Shown piece after piece: positions 55,443 to 64,000 of a stretch of DNA of 64,000 bases (positions are counted from its first letter, which is position 1; every line of letters starts with the position of its first letter). Under the pieces are notes generated by a model, which saw only the letters and a list, made by a program, of their open reading frames with translations, searched no databases and was not told where the DNA came from. The stretch is from NCBI GenBank assembly GCA_951406725.2, contig OX597821.1, forward strand, positions 310,001 to 374,000, written 5' to 3'. Origin of the DNA: Octopus vulgaris (Eukaryota). The position numbers and the translations under genes are program-made.

Positions 55443-56269
55443 GAAGATATCTGTACATATCTCTATGAGATATTTAGAAATTTAATATTTCTGATATATA
55501 TATACATATATATTCATGCAAACACATATATTGTCTGATACCTATTGTGTGGTGTCCTTGAGCAAGACACACAAAAATAACATAGTCTGCTCCATTATTG
55601 CTTTACTGGTTATCATGAAACAGGTTCTATTCCTACTTCATGGTCGAGTGGTTGGTGGTAGGAAGTGGCATCTTGCCGTAAAAAGTAATGAAAAAAATTT
55701 CCCCCCAAAAAAACAACAACAATAAAATCAATTGCTCTTACAAAACCAATTGGAACCATTGAAGCACGGAAAATGGAAAAATAAATGGAAAATGAATCAG
55801 AACAAATGGATTCACGGTCGATTTTCAGTGATGTGTATTACATGTGCTCATCCAACTGAACTACCTACATATCAAATCATTGTATATGTAGTTGAGTATT
55901 GCACAGACGCTTGCACACTTTATGTAGTTCTTAGGCTGAATCACTGATAATGTTGGTCTCTTGTATTACAGGTAGGGTTCTTCTGGCAGGCTTCTGTACA
56001 GTTATCCTTATAAATGTTGGGTTGGTTCAAGGTGTTGTGGTTACAGTGATTGATACAATGTGCCACACAGTAGGATTGAACCTGAGACCCCATGGTTAGT
56101 TAGACCTGTAAATTGATACAGGAACTACACACACACACACACACACGTGTACCATTTACTTTTATAGCTAGATATACTTCAGTTATTCTCAACACACCTG
56201 TAAATTGCACTTAGTTATTCAATCAACTGGAACACTTTAACAAGGAACGTGAATCATCACGGAAGGTAA

Positions 56270-56870
56270 GTCAACAAGAGAGATGAATCAATAAGAAAGA
56301 GTATGTTACCAAGGGACAGGAGTCAATAAGGGAAATGTGTCAAAAGAGTCAACAAGTGAAATGAGTCAAGAGCCAACGAGAGATATGAGTCAACAAGGGA
56401 GACAAGTCAGGAAAAGAGTCGACGAGAGATGAGTCGGCAAGGGAGATGGGTCAGCAAGAGAGATGGGCCGGCAGGGGAGATAGGTCGGCAGGGGAGACAG
56501 GTCGGCAGGGGAGACAGGTTGGCAAGGGAGACAGGTGAGCAGGGAGATGAGTTGGTAAGGGAGTCGGGTTGGCAAGAGAGATGGGTCGGAGTAAGGGAAA
56601 CTGGTTGGCAAGGGAGACGGGTCGGGGCAAGGGAGACAGGTCAGCAGGGAGACAGGTCAGCAAGGGAGATGGGTCAGCAAGGGATGGGTCAGCAAGGGAG
56701 ACGGGTTGGCAAGGGAGACAGGTCGGCAAGGGAAACAGGTCAGCAAAGGAGATGGGTCAGCAAGGGAGACAGGTCAGCAGGGAGACAGGTAAGCAAGGGA
56801 GATGGGTCAGCAAGGGAGACAGGTCGGCAAGGGAGATGGGTTGGCAAGGGAGATGGGTCGGCAAGAGAGA
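56270..56870. repeat. Purine-rich minisatellite, about 17-bp unit CAAGGGAGAYRGGTYRG
   Basis: Tandem units such as caagggagacaggtcgg caagggagatgggttgg caagggagatgggtcgg; the left end is more degenerate. Confidence 0.9.
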
Positions 56871-57252
56871 AGAGTCTGTGATAGACAAGTTAATGATATG
56901 TGTCAACCAGAGAAACAAATCGATGAGAAAAGCTTCTACTTGGTCATACAACTTACTAGAAATAGCAACTGAATCTCCATTAAATCATAGCCAATTATCT
57001 CAGAAAAAGACATGCAGAATGATATGGTCCTAGATTCCTTGCACATATGAAAAAGATGGGTTTCTCATGGTTGGGATGCTTTTGATAATTAATCTTTTCA
57101 ATTAAGGATAACCTGGAGCTAAACAATAACTGATTCTACACAATCAGGGTTGACTTGCAGAGAAAAGAGAGGGAAGCCTATGTTACCAAAGGTGACCAAC
57201 ATATATGAGAATTCTTAGATTTCTAAGAACAAAGCAGAACATTTGCATTTCG

Positions 57253-57294
<42 letters not shown>

Positions 57295-57868
57295 CACATA
57301 CACACAAAGTCACACTAATTTGGATTTTGAGGTTGATAGCATAACATACCAGCCAAATACCGGAGTCTATGTAAGCAACTTGCCCTCTGCCTTATACCAA
57401 AATTAGAAAGAGTTATTATTATTATTATTATTATTGGCAGATGAAATACTGCGAAATGCTTAGCAGTATTTTCGTCTGCCGCTTTGTTGTGAGTTCAAAT
57501 TTCACCAAGGTCGACTGTGCCTTTCATCCTTTTTTTTTTTGTGTGTGTGTGTGTGGGGGGGGGTTTGATGAAATAAGTACCAGTTATGTAACCAACTTAC
57601 TCTCTCCCACCAAATTTCAGGCCTTGTGCCTACAGTAGAAAGGATTATTATAATAATAATAATAATTATTATTATTATTATCATTTTTAATGAAAAGGCA
57701 GTGAGCTGGCAAAATCATTAGCCACCAAGGTTGACTTTGCCTTTCATCTTTTCAGGGTCAATAAAATAAGTACCATTTGAGTACTAGGATCAATACAATC
57801 AATTTACCCCCTCCCCTGAAATTGATTGCTGACCTTGTGCCAAAATTTGAAACCATTATTATTACTAC

Positions 57869-57920
<52 letters not shown>

Positions 57921-57923
<3 letters not shown>

Positions 57924-58868
57924 TAGTTTTATTTTTTTTATAGCGTGCTTACACTTCACTACCGAGCGCAGCTCTGTGTGCCTTGGGTATGTGCTGTGAT
58001 TTGTTGTGATGCTCTGATGGTTATTGTATGGAAAGTGTTCTGCGTAGGATGTGTGCAGTGCCTAGTAGTGCAATTTTCTGTATGTTATATGTGTTTGTAA
58101 GTCCTGGTGTTTTTGTTATGTATTTGTCTGAATATTTTTTTATCATGCCTAATGCACCTACTATGATAGGAATTGTTTCTGTTTTCAGATTCCACATTCT
58201 AGTTACCTCTATTTCCAGGTCTTTGTATTTTGAGAGTTTCTCCATTTCTTTTAGAGACACGTTGTCATCTGCCGGTATTGATACATCAACTAGAAAGCAT
58301 TTTTTTTCTTCATGATCTCTGACAACTATATCTGGTCTGTTGGCCTTAATTTCTCTGTCTGTGTGTATCGGCATATCCCAGAGTATGGGTGCTTTCTCGT
58401 TTTCTGTGACCTTTTCTAGTGTGTGCCTATACCATCTTTTTTCTGTTGTTATTCCATAATGTTGGCATAGCTTCCAATGTATGTAGGTTCCAACTCTGTC
58501 ATGTCTGTGAATATATTCCTTCTTAGCCAGGATTGGGCAGCCAGAGATAATATGATTTATTGTTTCTTGTCCATCTCCACATATTCTGCAGTTATTTGTT
58601 ATATTTTTTTTCATTACATGTTTTTGGTAATTTCTGGTGGTGAGGCTTTGGTCTTGTGCTGCAATTAAAAATCCTTCTGTCTCTGCTTTGAGTCCTGAGC
58701 TTCTCAACCATTGCTGGGATTTTTGTTTGTCTATTTCTTTTGCATTTAGTTTAGTCCAGTATTTACCATGAAGGGGCTTTTCTTGCCATCGTTCGTTGCT
58801 GTTCTATTTTTAGTTTGGATTTCATTTCTTTTATAGTTTTTGTTGTTTCTTCATTTTCTTCTTCTTCG
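57921..58868 (-). mobile_element. 5'-truncated R4/Dong-clade non-LTR retrotransposon (CCHC finger and restriction-like endonuclease; RT absent)
   Basis: Reads WQEKPLHGKY..WLRSSGLKAETEGFLIAAQDQSL, CRICG..ETINHIISGC, RHDRV, RPDIVV..FLVDVSIP..EKLSKYKDL, PIIVGALG, QKIALLGTAHILRRTL. Embedded in (TAA)n arrays on both sides. Confidence 0.92.
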
Positions 58869-58874
58869 CTATTA

Positions 58875-58909
<35 letters not shown>

Positions 58910-59094
58910 GATAGTAGTAGCAGCAGTAGTAGTACTTGTTGTAGGGCAATGGTTTGATAAAAATTGTTAGCATGATGAATGAAATGTCTTGCAGAATTTG
59001 GTGCAGCTGTTTATGATTCTGTCAAGGTCCATTTTGCCTTTCATTCTTTCATGGTTGATGTAAAATATAAAGGACCAGTCAAGTACTAGGGGTC

Positions 59095-59480
59095 ACTCTT
59101 TTATTCTTTTATTTGTTTCAGTCATTTGACTACAGCCTTGCTGGAGCACTGCCTGTAGTTAAACAAACTGACCCCAGGACTTATTCTTTTTAAGCCTAGT
59201 ACTTATTCTATTGGTCACTTTTGCCGAACTGCTAAGTTATGGGGACTTAAACACACCAGCTTTGGTAGTCAAGCGATGGTGGGGAGCTGTGCAAATACAC
59301 ACACACACACACATACGATGAGCTTCTTTCAGTTTCCATCTACCAAATCTATTCACAAAGTTTTGGTCGTCCTGAGGCTATAGTAGAAGATACTTGCCCA
59401 AGGTGCCATGCAGTGGGACTGAACCCAGAACCATGTGGTTGGAAAGGAAGTTACTTACCACACAGTCACTCCAGCACCTA
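59095..59480 (-). mobile_element. SINE family A copy
   Basis: Family A motifs in reverse orientation. Confidence 0.82.
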
Positions 59481-59596
59481 TGATTGATGATATTCATTAA
59501 CAGATTCCCTTCAAAATTGCCTAAATCAGAAACTATTATTATTATTATTATTATTACACCTATTATTATACTGATTTATTATTGTTATTATTGTTG

Positions 59597-59643
<47 letters not shown>

Positions 59644-59645
<2 letters not shown>

Positions 59646-60084
59646 GGTGGTGAGCTGGCAGAATTGTTAGCATGCTGGACAATATGCTTAGCTGTATTTC
59701 GCCTGTCGCTATGTTCTGAGTTCAAATTCTGCTGAGGTCATCTTTACCTTTCATCCTTTTGGATCAATAGATTATGTTCCAGTTATGCACTGGGGGTTAA
59801 TGTAACCAACCAGACCCCTCCCCCATCAAATTTCAGGCCTTGTGCCTATGGTAGAAAGGATTATTATTATCATTGAAAGCTGGTGGAATCACTAGCATGT
59901 TACACAAAATGCTTACTGACATTTCTTTACATTTTAAGTTCAAATTTTACCAAAGTCAGCTTTTCTTATCATCCTTCTTGAGCTGGTGAAATAAGTACAA
60001 ATATGAGGGTTGTGGGTTTGTTGGGGTGTCAGTGTAATTGGTTAGCCCACAAAATTTTAAGGCCTTGTAACTATTGTGGACATG

Positions 60085-60146
<62 letters not shown>

Positions 60147-60758
60147 TGCCTCCACCTTAGTGAAAGTGGAGGCATTGTTTTCAGTCATGTTTGTTTGTTT
60201 GTTTGTCCTTGGACAAGATATCTCAAGATCCACAGGATGGATTTGGACACAACTTTCAGGGATGTTTGGCTGCGTAACTGGCAAAAACTGGTTAGATTTT
60301 GGGACCATTCTCATATCGGACAAGGATTCTGAATTATTTTTCTGCTTTTTTTAACTTAATTTTTGAGAGCGGTCAGGTTCATTTTTAATATTCAAGCTTG
60401 TGAGAGTAGTTGAGTTTATTTCAGATATTCTCGTTTTAAAAATCATCTCTGGCTAATCGTTGAGAAGACGTTAGTGTTGCCTTGACAGAGGTTTGTGCTC
60501 TCTTTGTGCTCTTGTTAATATTATTATTTTTATTTTAATTAAGGTGGTAAGCTGGCAGCATCATTAATATTCTACACAAAATGCTAAGCAGCATTTCGTC
60601 CGTCTTTATGTTCTGAGTTCGAATTCTGCTGAGGTCGACTTTGCCTTTCATCCTTTCAGGGTCAATATATTAAGTACTAATGAAACACTGAGGTCAACGT
60701 AATCGACTTGTCCCCCACCCCACAAATTCCAGGCTTTGTGCCTATAGTAGAAAGGATT
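59644..60758 (+). mobile_element. Cluster of SINE family B copies in (ATT)n tracts (59644-59862, about 59875-60070, 60540-60758; also 57435-57855)
   Basis: aaggtggtgagctggcag...caggccttgtgcctatRgtagaaagg(att)n repeated. Confidence 0.8.
60145..60516 (+). mobile_element. Helentron-associated non-autonomous element (HINE/DINE-1-like)
   Basis: 5' gcctccac..gtggaggc inverted repeat, then a (gttt)n microsatellite, and a 3' gccttgacagaggtttgtgctctc..tgctcttgtt end; this architecture is typical of HINEs. Confidence 0.65.
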
Positions 60759-61127
60759 ATTATTATTATTATTATTATTATTATTGTTATTATTATTATT
60801 ATCATTATTATTATTATTTGTGAAGGGTGGTAAATGTCTGAATTTGTAAAATGGTACTTAGTTATATCTGTGTCTGTTCTAAGTTTTGAATTCTGTTAAG
60901 GTATCAATCGAATTTATTTGAGATCAATTGATTGATCAATCACACACTTTCTCCCCAACCAAACCATTTCTGACATTCTTCCAAAATTTGGAATCCCCTA
61001 TTTTAGTATTGCTCTGAGGAGTAAGAAATGTTTAATAAATGTTTATTAATTACCCCTCACCTACATAATTCTAAATTAATCTTCCCCTACCATGATATTC
61101 CAATACCGCCCAATCCCAGCTCATCTT

Positions 61128-61174
<47 letters not shown>

Positions 61175-61509
61175 CTTAATAAATAAATAAATAAAATAAT
61201 TTAAATATTAATCAATGAAAGAATGTGTCATGATATTATTTCCAGATATTCAATAATAATCTTAGACTCTGAAGAGATTCTGCCAACCATTTTAAGGAGT
61301 TTCGAAAAAATGGTTTATTTTATATTTTTAATGGCTTTCTTGATTTTGTTTTGGTTGTGTGTTTTTTTATATATATTTTTAGCAATTATTTTTTGTATTA
61401 GTGTGTGTATGTGTATACACGCAAATATGCACTCACACATACATAAATGCTATTACCTACACAAGTACACACCCACATGAATACATATAAACATACACAT
61501 CTCTCTGTC

Positions 61510-61540
<31 letters not shown>

Positions 61541-61696
61541 CACACAGACACACACACATATCCAGTGCTGAGTACTCATTCTTTTAGTTCATTACTAATG
61601 TATGTATATGAACGTGTGTGTATATGAACGTATATGTATATGAATGCGTGTGTGTGTGTGTATATATATACACATACACACAGATATATTATACAA

Positions 61697-61736
<40 letters not shown>

Positions 61737-64000
61737 CACACATATGCATATATACATATATGTGTGTATAATATATATATGTATATATACATACATTACA
61801 CACACACATATGTATACATTATATACACACATACATATGTATATATCATACACACACATACATATATGTATATATTATACACACACATACATATGTATAT
61901 ATCATACACACACATACATATATGTATATATTATACACACACATACATATATGTATATATTATACACACACATACATATATGTATATCTTATACACACAC
62001 ACATAGATATATGTATATATTAAACACACACATGCATATATATATATTATACACATGCACACATACATATATATACTTATTATACACACACATTATAAAC
62101 ACATTACACACACACACAAATATCACATTAGTGTACTGAAAGATGCAAAGTTCAAGAATTTCTATAAAAAAAAAACAAAAAACTTGATGCTGGAAAATTC
62201 TTTTCTTAAATTAGATTTGAGAATTTTTTTGTAGAAGAAGGAATGGAATTTGGATCAGACCTTTACAAACTACGTTGATGTTGCTGATGATGATGTTTGT
62301 TCTATGACGTTATTTTTGTAGTATATTGTCATTTTCTTATTTTATGCATTTATTTTTCTGCGCAGGTGGGGGTGGGGTGATGCTGGGTGAGTGGATGGGA
62401 GGTCGGTTGTGGTGTGGGTTTTCCTTTTTTTTATTTCGTCTTTTTATGTGTTTTTTTAAAATTTATTTTGATTACAGGTGAAGAAATGAGAGCAAACGAA
62501 CTTAAAGAAGAGGAAGAGAAGAGGAAAGGAAAGAAAGAGATAAAGATGAAGAAAGGAAGGAATGTGTGTGATGCTTTATAAAGTTCAATATCAGATGACA
62601 TCACATTGAAGTTAATTCCCATCTTCAAGACTTCTCCCTTTCTCTGAGCAGTGTACAGTGATGTAAACAGTACAATTCTGTTGGTTTCTCTTGTTGCAGT
62701 TTTTGTTTAACCCCAGGCCAGTCCTGGACGATAAGACCTTTAATCAAAGGGATTCCAGTCAAGACCATCCCTTCTGTTTTCCTTGGTTTAAGGAAAGCTT
62801 AAGTTATGTTCCATGACTACTACACACCCTTCGAGATTAGATTGAGATGGTGGTAGTGAAATCAAAACCAAAAATGTTTTACCTATGATCATAAGATTCT
62901 GGCTTCACTTCCAGGATTAGGCAGTACATTGTGTTCTTGAGCAAGACACTTGGTTCCATGTTTCTCAAGTCAACTCAGCTGAAAATGAGTAGCAGCTAAG
63001 AGGTTTGCTTCCCAAGCATATGGTTTCATTGCACAGCACCTTGTGTAAGTGTCTTTTACTATATAACCCCAGGCTGACAAAGCCTTCTGAGAGGATTTGG
63101 TAGATGGAAACTGAAAGAAGCTTGTCATATATATGATGGTTGTCTACTCCTTATGCAGAGTTTGACCCCCTCCTCTACCTACACCTTAAAACCATCATGG
63201 CATCTCATGTGGCTTTTTAATCTGTAAATATGTATACATCTTATTTTTTATTTTTTTAATTCTTATATGTGTGTATAAATATATATATATATTTACTTTT
63301 ATATATATATTATTTCTATTTAAATCTTACTGTATTTATATTTTAAATTGCATATCTTTTACTTTTTATATATATTTATATTATTTATATCTAATTCTTA
63401 TTTATATTTGCAAATCGCATGTCATATATACACATATATATTATCATCATTTAATGTCCATGTTCCATGCTGGCATGAGTAGGATGGTTTGACAAGGAAC
63501 TAGTAAGATGCAGAGCCATGTCAAGCCCCAGTGTCATGTATGGCTTGGTTTCTGTAGTTGGGTGCCTTTCTTAAGGTCAATTACGTTACAGAGTGTTTTG
63601 GGTGCTTTTTATGTGGCACCAACACTATTGAGGTTGCCATGTAACTTACAAGACAGAAAAGAACAGACAAGAAGTAACCAGGTGGTTAGGAAGCAAGCTT
63701 CTTACCAAACAGTCATGCCTGCACCTATGTTATTATTTTTTTGTATATATATCTTGGTCTACGTTACCCAGTAAGTTCACCTATTCTAAAGACAAGAGGG
63801 TGAGATTTGAGAGAGGCTTGGCTGATATTTCTAGCATGGCAAGATGCCACATAAATGTTGGTTTGTAGGTCTTGTTGTTGATGTTGTTGTTATTGTTGCA
63901 GCTGTTAAGACAGGTCAGTGATGTAATTAATTCTCTTTGATAACGCTAATTAGAAATGTTCAGTGGGTGGGAAAAACTAACAAATGACTAAGCATTATGT

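Noticed and set aside
56390-57033. Overlapping repetitive ORFs
   Set aside because: By-product of a 17-bp minisatellite whose unit is not a multiple of three.
59600-60800. SINE B as the partner of the Dong element because both sit in TAA/ATT tracts
   Set aside because: No shared 3' sequence seen, and the orientation relative to the repeat is opposite (SINE ends in ATT, Dong in AAT).

Overview
Eukaryotic, AT-rich, microsatellite- and retroposon-saturated DNA; the repeat content suggests a coleoid cephalopod (Octopus-like), which is an inference. The only host gene I can support is a CELF3-6/bruno-3/UNC-75-type RNA-binding protein on the minus strand. Three in-phase coding exons are visible (9069-9224, 6434-6605, 5766-5894), encoding the end of RRM2 and the Q/A-rich linker; the supplied ORF track misses them. 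I found no preceding RRM2 exon in 9225-64000, so this appears to be one intron of at least 55 kb. It contains tRNA-derived SINEs (at least three families), truncated CR1-, RTE- and R4/Dong-type LINEs, a mariner remnant, Helentron-like elements, minisatellites and a 284-bp hairpin. Items worth follow-up: candidate alternative CELF exons (tandem donors, a 6-nt microexon, a 39-nt in-frame exon with a 206-nt poison alternative, a UG-repeat-preceded stop-containing exon), dispersed degenerate hammerhead-ribozyme motifs, and a SINE/LINE shared 3' stem-loop with compensatory changes. Nearly all ORFs in the track are microsatellite artefacts. Repeat boundaries are approximate.
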